61,208 nucleotides of DNA from the IMG/VR virus record IMGVR_UViG_3300032227_000235, positions 1 to 61,208 of that record. The stretch is one strand, 5' to 3'. Below the pieces are notes generated by a model. That model was not told the origin of the DNA. It was given only the letters and a program-made list of their open reading frames with translations, and did no database searches. This document shows, in pieces, positions 13,007-23,404 of the stretch. The first letter of the stretch is position 1; every line of letters starts with the position of its first letter. This DNA comes from a virus. Lineage: Duplodnaviria > Caudoviricetes. The position numbers and the translations under genes are program-made.

Positions 13007-16000
13007 ATGGGTCTCTTTGGTAGCGGCGGCAGAAGCGGTCCAAAACTACAATTCAGTGTTAATAATTACAGCGGATCATCATCGGTGTTTCCGCCAGAAA
13101 AGGTTGCTGAAGCCTATACGAATTCGCTTAACAAAGTAAACCAAGTCGCTAATACGCCTTGGCAAAATTACAGCGATAATCCTTGGAGTTTTGTCGAACC
13201 AACTAATGGCTTGCAAACAGCGGTTGCTAACGAAGTAGGCAATAATAACTGGCGCGCTACTCCGTATATGGGTTACGGTATGGAGTCGCTCAATACTGCG
13301 CAAGATGGATATGGCGCCAGCAATAGTTGGGCGTCAGCAGCCGGTCAGAATGTTGCGAATAATAATATCGCTTCAATGTCTGATCCATATTATCAGCAAG
13401 GAATGGGCTATACTAATTACGCCGCTAACACTCCCGGCGGATATCAGGCTGCTAGCCCGTATCTAAACAGTGCTGGCAGTATGATTAACTATGGTGGTCA
13501 AGGCACCAATCAAATATCACAGGCTGATATTCAGCGTTACATGACGCCGTATCAGCAAGCCGCAATAAACCCGACATTGGATTTAATGAAGCAATCCAAT
13601 GAACAGGCAATGCAGGGCGCGTTGGGCAATATCATCAAGGGCGGCGGCATGGGCAATGACCGTTCCGGCGTGATGATGGCTAATCTGAACCAGCAAAATC
13701 AGATGGCGACTGCCAAAGCTATGGGTGATATGCAAGCAGCCAACTATAATCAGGCTGCACAATATGCGGCTGCTCAACGTGGTCAAAATCAGGCTGATCT
13801 TTCTCGCGCACTACAAGCCGGTCAGTCATATGGACAGTTGGGCGCCACAGCCGGACAATTACAGCAAGCTGACCTAAATCGATATTTAGCTGCGGGCAGA
13901 CAATCGGCAGATATTGGAACAATGCAGCGTCAAGCATATGAGGCGCAGCAACAATTACAGCAAGCTGATCTCCAGCGTAAGCTAGGTGTCGGCCAGCTAT
14001 ACAATGCGAATGCTCAAGGTTTTGCTAATGCCGGCACATCTGCAATGGATGCCGGTTTGCGCTACCAAGCTGGTCAAAAAGACAATCTTGGCCTTCAGTA
14101 TCAAATTGCCTCTGATATGCAGAAAACTAATCAGGCGGCAAAAGATGCAATGTATAATCAATGGTTACAAAGCAGGGCCTATCCGTTTGAAACAACCCAA
14201 TTTGCTCTTGATGCTCTTGCCGGCATTGGCCCGCAATATGGATCAACAACAACTGAAACAGGTGGCTCTAGTGGTTTGAGTTGGAATCTGTTTAATCGAG
14301 GTGGTCGCGTTAAGAAGCGCGGTGGCGGTTCTCTTTCTGATATTCCGGAGGTTGTTGGTCAGACGTTCGATGGCCAGGATATTTATCGCTATCGATATAA
14401 AGAGGGTGGCCCTGCACAGATTGGCTTGATGGCTGATGAGGTTGCTCCTCGATATCCTAATGCTGTTGCAGATCTTGGTGGAAAGCTAGCGGTTGACTAT
14501 ACGCGAGCGACTGATGCTGCGGCTGATCTCGGTCATGCTATGGGTGTCGGTCGTGATCATTTTTCTATTGGAGGTAGAGAAAAGGAAAAAGTTCGTAGTT
14601 TCGTTCCGAAGTTAGCTGTTCGTCCGGGACAGATGGTGACTAGCAAGCCTCGTGGCGCCGGTCCTCTACAGTTTGCGCCTCCGGGTGAAAAACTAGATCG
14701 CTTTGCAGGATTGAAAGAAATAGCGGGCAATGCGCAGGGTCTTTATCAGGCATATAAAGGTCTGAAAGGCATGGATCTTGGCGGCATGTTTAATACTGCC
14801 GCATCAACTGCTGCTCCTGCTGCTGCAATTGCTTCTACTGCTCCAGCGGCGGCTGCGGCTACAACTGCTGCATCTGCTGCTGCTCCTATTAAGGATGCTG
14901 GATCTGCTGTTTCAAATGTTGCTGATGCTGGTCTTGGTTTCTTCGATCCGTTTGAAAAACTATTTGCAGCTAATGGCGGATCAATTCCACATTTTGGTAT
15001 GGGTGGCTTTGCTACGCGGTTTGATGATGAAGACGATCGTCGTCGTGGATCACAAAGTATTGTTCCGCAATCGCGTGGAACACAGCCTTCTCAGATGCCT
15101 GTTTCGCGTCCTAATCGTGAAAAGATTATGGGCAATACTGCCGGCGGCGGTGGCGGCGGTGGTGGCCAACAAAGCGGTGGCGGTGGCCTTGGTGAAATAG
15201 CCGATATGGCTACTAAGGGTATTGGCGCACTAAAGGGTGTAAGTGGTTTAGCCTCTAGTGCAGGATTAGGCGGTCTCGGTAGTATTTTAGGTGGTGGAGC
15301 TGCTGCGGGTGCGGGCGCTGCCGGTGCTGCGGGCGCGGCTGCTGGAGCCGGAGGCTTTTTAAGCGGGATAGCATCTTTCCTTCCATTTCTTGGATTGTTT
15401 TCTGATCCGTCGATGAAGACTGGTGTTGGGAACAGACAGGGATTTTCTTTTGGTGGACCGGAGGATGAAGAGAGACGGCGCCCTTTAGTGGACTTGGCGA
15501 CTATACCGGTTGCCGCTACTGAGAGATCAGAGCCACAAGTTGTTCTTGAGCAGCCAAAGGTTGATCTCGGCACTCCTAAAACAGATGCAAAGCCTATTCT
15601 CGTTGCATCTGCTGATAATCCTAATTTTGCTGATGACGCATTGCCTGTGACGTTAAAGCGTGAAGGAGGCTATACGCCGAATGATGCTGGCGCCGGCGCG
15701 TCTAATAAAGGCATTAACCGTCGCGCACATCCGAACGAAGACATTGAGCATATGACCAATGAGCGCGCTGGTCAGATCTATAAACATGATTATTGGGATG
15801 CTATTGGCGCCGATAATCTTGATCCAAAGATCCGACTGATGGCTTATGACGCGGCTGTTAATCAGGGTCCGGGTCGTGCAAAAGCCTGGGCGGCGCAATC
15901 TGGTGGCGATCCAGAGAAGCTAGCTAAGTTGCGCATGGATCATTATCAAAGCCTACTTGATCGCAATCCTGATACATACGGGCCTTATGCTCGTTCTTGG

Positions 16001-18016
16001 GCGGGTCGAGTTAATGCAGATTTGAGCAAGGCTGGACTGCCGTTAATGGCATTGCACCGTAGTGGTCATGCTACGACAGGTGACACTAGTGGTCCGGATT
16101 ATACGGGCAATGGTGGTGGATCAGATCCGCGTAGTTGGATGGCGACCGCACAAGATCCAAACGATCGCTCTGTGCAAGCTGGTCTTGCTCTTCTCAGCGG
16201 TATTGCTGGTGGTCTTGCTGGCGCTGAACGAGGTGGCATTGCCGGCGCTATTGGTGGCGGTCTTGGTAGTTTTGGCGGCGCCTATGGAAAGATGGCGGAT
16301 GCTGATTTAGATCGTCAGAAATTCAACTGGCAACAGCAAATGGAAACAGAGCGTCTTGGGATAAGTAAATCTCAAGAGGGTCGCGCTGCTGAAGAATATG
16401 AGCGCACTAAGAGTAAGAGTCAGGCGGCGGATAAAATTCTTAAAGATCTGGACAAAACAAGAAAGATTCCTACTGGTGGTTATGGTCCTACGCCAACTGC
16501 TCCGGCTCCTGAAGCGGCTCCAGTAAAGAAAGATCTCGGATCACCGGCTCCTGTCGCACCGGTTACTCCTCCTGTTGAAAATCCCGGATTAGGTCAAACG
16601 CCGGAGGCTCCTGCTCCTGCGCCGCAAAGCCCTAATCCAAATATGAAGATTGAGCCTGGCCCGGAAGGTCCGGAGGTTCCTGTTTCGACGCCTAACGCGG
16701 GTCTTGGAGACAAGCCTGTTAATCCAGTCGAAAGGATTGCACAGCCTGTCGCTGGTCAGCCTGCTCCGAATTCTTCTCCAATAGAAGAGGTTCGCAATCT
16801 TCCAAAAGCTGAGTCTAATCTTCCAGATCCAGCGAAGTTCTGGCGAACGATCGTTGATGAACAAAATCCATACTACTATGCGAATGAGGCTCGTGAGCAT
16901 ATGGCGGCTTACGAAGCTCTGCGTGGCAATCAATTACTGCAATCGTCAGCAAATTCTGAATTAGCTGCTGCGCGTCAGGCTCAACTTGATGCTCAAAAGT
17001 GGGCTAATGAGCCTATGCTTACGAACAACAAAGGAGAGTCGGTTGAAAATCCGTTCTTTGTTGGAACAAAGCGCAAGATCGAAAATGAGAACACACGTTC
17101 TGCTGCGGTAGCAAAAGGAGCTGGTGAATACGGGCCGGAAGTTACTCAATTAAAGCTAAATCAACAAAAGCGATTAGATGAAGAAAAAGATAGGCATGAG
17201 CTTGTTTCGATCTCGCGTGGCCCAGATAAGCCTGAAGAGATGGTTACTAAGGCTGAAGCTCTTCGAATAATGAAAGAAAATCCTAATGCTTCTATTGTTA
17301 CAAAACAGCCAGAGGTCATAGCTAAGAGGCAAGAAGAAGTTAGAGCTAATGTTGCTCAAGAGCGTGAGAAGTTTATGCAGCGGCCAATTCTAGTTCAGCA
17401 ATTGGAGGCTATGGCGAAGGGACTCGAAACGATCAAAACAGGTAAGTTCTCAAAAGAAGCCATCGAGGTGCTTGGCACTCTTGAGTCTCTTGGTATTAAA
17501 GTTCCAGAAAGTGCGAGCACAAATATTGCCGGCTATCAGCAATTTATGAAGAATGCCAATGGCGTTGTTCTGAAGATATTGAAAGATACCAGTAGCAAGG
17601 TTCTTGCGATGGAAATCGGAAATGTCGAACGAGCGAATCCAAACATCGAGTTGCAGCCTGACGCAAACCGTCACATGCTTGCACAAGGTCTTGGTGCTGC
17701 TAGATGGAGCAATGATTACTATAAGGATTTATCTGATTGGTATAACAAGCCTGAAAATCAATATGCGATATCTACTGATGCGTTCGATAAGGCTTGGGTA
17801 GAGTCACATCCTCTTCAGAGTTACATCAATAAAGAAGAGAAGAAGATCTTTGCTGTTGGATCTAAAGAAGAAGGTATGGACCTTTCAAAGAAGGCCGCTC
17901 CCGTTGCTCCAGATCCTTCTACGTTGAAGCAGGGAGAAATATATCCGACACCATCCGGCAATCGTAAATGGATGGGAAATGGTTGGAGTAAGAAAACATA
18001 CGAGGCGGATCAATGA
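13007..18016 (+). CDS. Large DNA ejection / internal virion protein with S74-like segment and GH108 lysozyme domain
   Basis: Gln/Ala/Gly-rich pilot-like N-terminus (YMTPYQQ); IYRYRY...IGLMADEV...VDY; LKREGGY...KGI...IYK.DYWD...DAAVNQG. Confidence 0.85.
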   Translation: MGLFGSGGRSGPKLQFSVNNYSGSSSVFPPEKVAEAYTNSLNKVNQVANTPWQNYSDNPWSFVEPTNGLQTAVANEVGNNNWRATPYMGYGMESLNTAQDGYGASNSWASAAGQNVANNNIASMSDPYYQQGMGYTNYAANTPGGYQAASPYLNSAGSMINYGGQGTNQISQADIQRYMTPYQQAAINPTLDLMKQSNEQAMQGALGNIIKGGGMGNDRSGVMMANLNQQNQMATAKAMGDMQAANYNQAAQYAAAQRGQNQADLSRALQAGQSYGQLGATAGQLQQADLNRYLAAGRQSADIGTMQRQAYEAQQQLQQADLQRKLGVGQLYNANAQGFANAGTSAMDAGLRYQAGQKDNLGLQYQIASDMQKTNQAAKDAMYNQWLQSRAYPFETTQFALDALAGIGPQYGSTTTETGGSSGLSWNLFNRGGRVKKRGGGSLSDIPEVVGQTFDGQDIYRYRYKEGGPAQIGLMADEVAPRYPNAVADLGGKLAVDYTRATDAAADLGHAMGVGRDHFSIGGREKEKVRSFVPKLAVRPGQMVTSKPRGAGPLQFAPPGEKLDRFAGLKEIAGNAQGLYQAYKGLKGMDLGGMFNTAASTAAPAAAIASTAPAAAAATTAASAAAPIKDAGSAVSNVADAGLGFFDPFEKLFAANGGSIPHFGMGGFATRFDDEDDRRRGSQSIVPQSRGTQPSQMPVSRPNREKIMGNTAGGGGGGGGQQSGGGGLGEIADMATKGIGALKGVSGLASSAGLGGLGSILGGGAAAGAGAAGAAGAAAGAGGFLSGIASFLPFLGLFSDPSMKTGVGNRQGFSFGGPEDEERRRPLVDLATIPVAATERSEPQVVLEQPKVDLGTPKTDAKPILVASADNPNFADDALPVTLKREGGYTPNDAGAGASNKGINRRAHPNEDIEHMTNERAGQIYKHDYWDAIGADNLDPKIRLMAYDAAVNQGPGRAKAWAAQSGGDPEKLAKLRMDHYQSLLDRNPDTYGPYARSWAGRVNADLSKAGLPLMALHRSGHATTGDTSGPDYTGNGGGSDPRSWMATAQDPNDRSVQAGLALLSGIAGGLAGAERGGIAGAIGGGLGSFGGAYGKMADADLDRQKFNWQQQMETERLGISKSQEGRAAEEYERTKSKSQAADKILKDLDKTRKIPTGGYGPTPTAPAPEAAPVKKDLGSPAPVAPVTPPVENPGLGQTPEAPAPAPQSPNPNMKIEPGPEGPEVPVSTPNAGLGDKPVNPVERIAQPVAGQPAPNSSPIEEVRNLPKAESNLPDPAKFWRTIVDEQNPYYYANEAREHMAAYEALRGNQLLQSSANSELAAARQAQLDAQKWANEPMLTNNKGESVENPFFVGTKRKIENENTRSAAVAKGAGEYGPEVTQLKLNQQKRLDEEKDRHELVSISRGPDKPEEMVTKAEALRIMKENPNASIVTKQPEVIAKRQEEVRANVAQEREKFMQRPILVQQLEAMAKGLETIKTGKFSKEAIEVLGTLESLGIKVPESASTNIAGYQQFMKNANGVVLKILKDTSSKVLAMEIGNVERANPNIELQPDANRHMLAQGLGAARWSNDYYKDLSDWYNKPENQYAISTDAFDKAWVESHPLQSYINKEEKKIFAVGSKEEGMDLSKKAAPVAPDPSTLKQGEIYPTPSGNRKWMGNGWSKKTYEADQ

Positions 18017-21000
18017 TCGAAGATGATGAAATCCTCTCGAATGAGGCCGTAGGGTTTGCTGCTCCTAGACCGGCGCCGAAAGAAGAAGTTCTTTCTAATA
18101 CGGATGTTGGGTTTGCAAAAAGAAACGATGGTTTCCTTGATCGTAAAGAAGGCGATGGCTGGCTAACTGGCACACTCAAAGGTGGCGCGAGTGCGATCGT
18201 GGAAGGTATTGCGGATATTCCGGGAGTAGTAGGTAATGTCCGTGAGGCAAATAAATATTTATCTGATCGTGTAGGTATGCCTATCGCAGCCGGCGTTATT
18301 AATGCCGTTCGCTATCCTCTCGGCTATGACACGATATCGGCGGATGATATCCGTGCTGCTCGTGATCGTGGCTATGAAAAGATTGATGATAAAAATAGCG
18401 ATATTCGTGGCTGGTTCAAAACGGGTGATCAGATTGCGGCTCCTGTTTTGGAAAAGACAGGTAATTATGAGCCTGACAGCACGGTTGGCAAAATGGCTAA
18501 AACTGCTGTTCGTGCTGTTGTTGGATCTGGCGCATCTGCGGTTCCAGCAAAAACTGGATTGCTGAATCATACCACGGAGGATGCCGGAAAGATCCTTGCG
18601 GATATGTATTCTAAACAAATGGCTGCTACTACGGCTGGTGCTGCTGCGACTGGTGAGTTGGCGACAGAAGCCACGGGAGATCCATTATACGGCATGGCGG
18701 CAGGATTTGCTGGCCCTGCTGCTGCTGGTAAGGCTGGCAAGTTTGCGCTTAAAGTCGGTGCGCCGGCATTGGAAGATATTCCTGGTATTAATCGTTGGGC
18801 GCAAGGCACAAGAGAGCGTTTAGCGGCGGAAGATCTTCTTCGCAAAGCTAGTAATCCTGAAGCTCTTATGGATTGGGCGCGAGGCGATGGTTCGCATCCG
18901 GGATTAGACAAGTTCCCGTTTACGCTTGGTCAGGCTACAGGCGATTCTGGTATTCTTAATCAGGAGTTATCAGCACAAACGCTGAATAAGGACAATTTTG
19001 CTAGTCGGATGAAGGAAAAAGCCGGAGAGCAAACGGAGCGACTGCACGGCGAAGTCACGGCTATGTCTCCGGAGACGGCTGATCCAATGGCCGTTACTGA
19101 TGCGTTTACGCAAAGATATAACCGGATCACGGAGAAATATCAGCAAACTGAAAATGCTCTTCGCCAGCGCGCACAGGAGGCGGTCGCAGCATTAGGAGAT
19201 AGTCCGGGCGCGGCTGCTGTTGGTGAGCAATTGCGAACTGCGATAGCTGAAAATGAGAAGAAATTAAAAAAAGAGGTGGATGATCTATATAGAGGCGTAA
19301 ATCCTAATAAGGATATGCGCGTCATTATTGACGTTGGCACTAAGGAAAATCCATCTGTTCGAGAAGTCGCTGAGAAATTTCACTCAGATAGAGTAGGTGC
19401 GACTAAATACGATAAAAACCTAGAAGAGATGATCCAACTCGTCAGAGAGGCGCCTTCTGTTTGGGATTTTGAGGAGCTACGCGGCGTTGATGAGCGTCTG
19501 TCTAAGGCGATGGAAGAGGCCAAAAACAGCCAAGATCGCGCTCAGTTGGGTATCTTGAAAAATGCTATTAAAAATACGATAAATCAGGCGATCGATAACC
19601 AGATCAACTGGAAGCTGGCTAACGATATACCATTGGATTCCTATGAAGGACGAATTAGACAATCGCACGATGGATTTGCCGCATCTGGAGACGCCGCTCC
19701 AAGTGCTGGAGAGAGTGTTGCCGCAACTGGAACAGACGCCAATTCGTCAATGGCAGTTCATCCAGCATCTAGAGAAGGACGCCCTGCGGAATTCGGATTT
19801 GGTGATGCTAATAGCGGTGAAGGATTGGCGCCGAAAACAGGCGAAACTACACTCTACTATCCCGGCGGCAACAACATAACAGCGCGCCCAAAGATCGTAG
19901 AGTTGGGCGATCTTAAAATATCTCATAATGACGATTTCACCGAAAACAGCCTATACCCGCAAGATCTGCAACCACGAAATCGTGACGCGGCGCAAGCTCA
20001 AGAACAGGTAAACAAATATGCCGGCTCTGAATGGGCGCCGGAGCGTTATGGCGTTACGAACGATGCCAATAGTGGTGCGCCTGTCATTGGTTCAGACGGC
20101 ATTGTTGAAAGCGGCAACGGTCGCACGATGGCTCTTCGTCGTCGCTATAATCAGGGCGATACGTCTTATAAGGAATATCTAGCCTCACAGGGTTATGATG
20201 TCTCTGGCTACGATCAGCCTGTTCTCGTTATGGAGAGAACATCTGAATTTTCGACACCGGAAGCGCGTCAGCAATATACCCATCTCGTCAATAAAGAGTC
20301 CGGTCTTGGTCTCGGCACAAAAGAAGAAGCGTCATCTGATGCTCGTTTCTTAACGCCGGAAGATATCTTCAAGATAAAAGAAGGGCCGCTTACTAGCGAA
20401 GCGAATTCCGGGTTTATTCGTTCCTTCCTTAGTCGTCTTACATCTGGCGATCGCGCACGGTTACTTGATAGCAAGGGCGGTGTTAATCAGCGCGGAATTG
20501 AACGCGCACAGGCGGCTATTGTTGAGCGGGCCTATGGCAATGATGCTGTGATCCGTAGAGGATTTGAGGCGACCGATAATAACGCCAAGAATGTTACGGG
20601 CGCCTTGACTGATGCTGCTGGCCCTTGGGCAAAAATGCGACAAGCCATCGAAGACGGCATGATCGACAAGTCGCATGATATTACTGATGAGTTGATGAAT
20701 GGCGTTGATAAGATCTTACTTGCGCGTGACAAAGGTCGTCCAGTTGCAGAGATCCTTGATCAGGTTGACGCATTTGCCTCGCCGGTAACAAAGGATGTTT
20801 ATCGTCTGCTATTTGATGGCGAGAAGGTAGCAAGCCGGCAAAAGATTGCTGCTCGTTTGAACAAGTATGCTGCGGATTCATTAAAGAATGAGGGCGGTGG
20901 CTTTGGCTTTGGTGAGACACGAGATCCAAAGCATGTCTTGTCTGATGCTCAGAATGTTGTTGTCGAGGGCGAAGAAGCTGTGTCTGCCGGCGCCAAAGCG

Positions 21001-22434
21001 ACTGGACAGTCGCCTAAGACCGGTGATGGCATGGTTATACCTGAGAAGCTGCGCCCTAATATTACGCAAGGGCAAGCTGATCGGTTGAATGAGGCCAATA
21101 CTAAATACGGCAAGATGAAAGATACGCTGAAGCCGGCAAATAGAATGCTGGAAAAGCGGATGGGCGGTGAATATGACCAAGCGGGATCTGCTATTCCTTC
21201 GACGGTTATTAAGGCCGGAGATACCGGTTATCAGACTGCTCAATCTTTCTTGAAGGCTTCTGCTAACGCGCCTCAAGCTGCTACGGCTATGCGTGAGATG
21301 ATCCTAGATCGTTTCCGCAAGGCAATTGGTCGCAATGGAGAGATAGATCCGAATAAGTGGAGCAATCTACAGCGCGATTATGCTGGCGCCATCCGGGCTG
21401 TTGAGGAGCAATCTCCCGGTCTAGCAAAGATGCTGAAAACGCCTGAGACCACGGCTGATGCTTTAGCGAATTTTGGCAAGGAGAGAGATGCCAATACTAA
21501 GGCTCTTCAAAAGGAGGAGGCGGCTAAGTTCCTCGGCAAAGAAAATGAGGTCGAGGTTCAAAACGCTATTGGCGATATTATTAATGGTCGCAATCCATCC
21601 GTCACTAAGTTGCGTGACATGGTCGAGACGTTGAAGGCTGAAAATCCTGATGCTCTTGATGGACTGCGTCAGGCGACGATCGACTGGATCGTTCGCAAAG
21701 ACACGAATGCTGCCAGAACAACAAAGAATGATGATGTTTTCTCATACGCAAAGATCAATACTTTGCTGAAAGAGAAGGCCCATCTTTTACAAGAGATCTT
21801 AACGCCGGAGCAAATGAACACATTGCGGGCGATGCGTGAGACGATGGCTATGGTCAATCGCAGCACCGATCGCACGAGAATTCCTGCTTCTCCTGGCACA
21901 GCCAAAGATATGGGCGCGCATTTTGAAAAGCTCGGTAGAGAGTTGGCTGATAAGTCTGTTCTATTCCTAGCATTTGATACCGTCGCAAATGGCGCAAGCA
22001 ATCCTGGTATGGCTCTCCTTAAAGGCGTCGGTGTTTTTACTGCTGGCAGTCTTTATCGGTTGAGACAACTGGGCATAGATACTGTTGGTGATATTCAACA
22101 AGAGATGTTCCTGCACCCAGAAGTTGCTCGTGCTGCTCTCAAGCGTGTTAAGGGTGAATATTTGCCGAAGCAGGGTGATGCTTTGGTGAGGGCTATTCGC
22201 AATGCCTATCTGAATTCTGGCGCCAATGTAGAGCGCGAACAGCGCGCCTCTGGTGGTCGTCTTGCTTTTGCTGCCGGCGGTCAGGCTCCAAAGCGCAAGC
22301 CAATGACACCGGAACAAATAATTGCTGGCATTGCAAAAGCCCGCAAAGCTGAACAAAAACGGACTGAGGTTATTCTCGACAAGCCTGATGAAGCGGTCGT
22401 CCGTGCATTATCTATGGCAAATCAACATCTCTGA
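18013..22434 (+). CDS. Large ejection protein with ddrB-like ParB domain
   Basis: YPQDLQPRNR...GAPVIG.DG.VESGNGRTMAL at about 19880-20150; otherwise helical. Confidence 0.8.
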   Translation: MIEDDEILSNEAVGFAAPRPAPKEEVLSNTDVGFAKRNDGFLDRKEGDGWLTGTLKGGASAIVEGIADIPGVVGNVREANKYLSDRVGMPIAAGVINAVRYPLGYDTISADDIRAARDRGYEKIDDKNSDIRGWFKTGDQIAAPVLEKTGNYEPDSTVGKMAKTAVRAVVGSGASAVPAKTGLLNHTTEDAGKILADMYSKQMAATTAGAAATGELATEATGDPLYGMAAGFAGPAAAGKAGKFALKVGAPALEDIPGINRWAQGTRERLAAEDLLRKASNPEALMDWARGDGSHPGLDKFPFTLGQATGDSGILNQELSAQTLNKDNFASRMKEKAGEQTERLHGEVTAMSPETADPMAVTDAFTQRYNRITEKYQQTENALRQRAQEAVAALGDSPGAAAVGEQLRTAIAENEKKLKKEVDDLYRGVNPNKDMRVIIDVGTKENPSVREVAEKFHSDRVGATKYDKNLEEMIQLVREAPSVWDFEELRGVDERLSKAMEEAKNSQDRAQLGILKNAIKNTINQAIDNQINWKLANDIPLDSYEGRIRQSHDGFAASGDAAPSAGESVAATGTDANSSMAVHPASREGRPAEFGFGDANSGEGLAPKTGETTLYYPGGNNITARPKIVELGDLKISHNDDFTENSLYPQDLQPRNRDAAQAQEQVNKYAGSEWAPERYGVTNDANSGAPVIGSDGIVESGNGRTMALRRRYNQGDTSYKEYLASQGYDVSGYDQPVLVMERTSEFSTPEARQQYTHLVNKESGLGLGTKEEASSDARFLTPEDIFKIKEGPLTSEANSGFIRSFLSRLTSGDRARLLDSKGGVNQRGIERAQAAIVERAYGNDAVIRRGFEATDNNAKNVTGALTDAAGPWAKMRQAIEDGMIDKSHDITDELMNGVDKILLARDKGRPVAEILDQVDAFASPVTKDVYRLLFDGEKVASRQKIAARLNKYAADSLKNEGGGFGFGETRDPKHVLSDAQNVVVEGEEAVSAGAKATGQSPKTGDGMVIPEKLRPNITQGQADRLNEANTKYGKMKDTLKPANRMLEKRMGGEYDQAGSAIPSTVIKAGDTGYQTAQSFLKASANAPQAATAMREMILDRFRKAIGRNGEIDPNKWSNLQRDYAGAIRAVEEQSPGLAKMLKTPETTADALANFGKERDANTKALQKEEAAKFLGKENEVEVQNAIGDIINGRNPSVTKLRDMVETLKAENPDALDGLRQATIDWIVRKDTNAARTTKNDDVFSYAKINTLLKEKAHLLQEILTPEQMNTLRAMRETMAMVNRSTDRTRIPASPGTAKDMGAHFEKLGRELADKSVLFLAFDTVANGASNPGMALLKGVGVFTAGSLYRLRQLGIDTVGDIQQEMFLHPEVARAALKRVKGEYLPKQGDALVRAIRNAYLNSGANVEREQRASGGRLAFAAGGQAPKRKPMTPEQIIAGIAKARKAEQKRTEVILDKPDEAVVRALSMANQHL

Positions 22435-22442
22435 GGGCTGTT

Positions 22443-23216
22443 ATGGCTACACAAAATCTCCAGCTAACCCTACCGGCGTTTAATACGACGAATTGGAATC
22501 AACCGTTAAATTCTAATTGGGCTATTCTTGATGCCAAGGCCGGTGCCAGTATTAGTGTCTCTGTCACGGCGGCTGATTACATATTAAAGATCTCTGATCT
22601 TCAGAGTAGTCGCATTCAGATTGTTGGAAACCACGGTGGTTCTAATATCAATGTTGTTTTCCCGGATGGGATAGGTGGCGTTTGGATTGTCTCCAATGGC
22701 GCCTTTACCAGTGGCGGCAAGCTGTTTGTTCGGACTGCGACCTATACGACTAATCCTGTCGAGATCCCGGTAACGAAAAGTCTTTTGATTTTTTCTGATG
22801 GCGTAAATCTAGGCACCATCTCACTGTCTCAAGAGGTTCTTGATAGCTATTTGAAGCTGTCGGGTGGCACGATTACGGGTGAGTTATCCCTGAACAAGCC
22901 TCTCGCCATGCAGCCATATCCAGATAAACCGCCTTCTTCGAAGATTACGGATAACGGTCAAAATGTCGGTTTCTACAATGATACTGGCTCGGCGCGGGCT
23001 ATCATGGATCTTTTCACCGGTAAGTGGACTGCGACGGGTGGCGTTGGAATAGGCGCTAGCGGTCCTGTAGCAGCGGCCCTAGCAACATTCTGCCCTTCTG
23101 CTGTTTATCCTGTCTCAGGCGATCCGCATATGAAGGGTGTTGCTATCGAGGATGTGCTGGTCAAGTTGGTGGAAGAAATTGCCTCTTTGAAGGCCCAACT
23201 AGCTTCAAGATCATAG
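22443..23216 (+). CDS. Short tail fibre / spike-like protein
   Basis: NLQL.LP....NW..PLN.NW.ILD N-terminus, YLKLSGGTITG fibre motif, C-terminal coiled coil. Confidence 0.6.
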   Translation: MATQNLQLTLPAFNTTNWNQPLNSNWAILDAKAGASISVSVTAADYILKISDLQSSRIQIVGNHGGSNINVVFPDGIGGVWIVSNGAFTSGGKLFVRTATYTTNPVEIPVTKSLLIFSDGVNLGTISLSQEVLDSYLKLSGGTITGELSLNKPLAMQPYPDKPPSSKITDNGQNVGFYNDTGSARAIMDLFTGKWTATGGVGIGASGPVAAALATFCPSAVYPVSGDPHMKGVAIEDVLVKLVEEIASLKAQLASRS

Positions 23217-23404
23217 TAACAGTGGGAAATAACCTTTAATGATTTCAGTGGGCGTTTATTGCTCATGGTAACAACTAACCCATTGAAATAATGGCCTTAT
23301 GTTACATCATTCGGCCGCACCATATTGAGTTTTTAGCCCTGTAAGTCTTTGGATTTACAGGGTTTTTTCTTGACATGGTAACAAGAATTAGCCTCATGGT
23401 AACA
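23212..23404. mobile_element. attP: Putative attP: tRNA-3'-end-like core with arm-type repeats
   Basis: TCGGCCGCACCA (23311-23322) followed by a terminator-like hairpin; CATGGTAACA at 23264, 23374, 23395 and CATAGTAACA at 23212; lies next to the integrase 3' end. Confidence 0.7.
23335..23370 (+). terminator. Rho-independent terminator-like hairpin
   Basis: AGCCCTGTAAGTC / GATTTACAGGGTT stem followed by a T run. Confidence 0.65.

Noticed and set aside
23305-23322. Phage-encoded tRNA
   Set aside because: Only an acceptor-end fragment is present, with no cloverleaf
23212-23404. CATGGTAACA repeats as a mini-CRISPR array
   Set aside because: Only 10 bp, irregularly spaced and next to an integrase; arm-type sites fit better. 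No CRISPR array or cas gene seen anywhere
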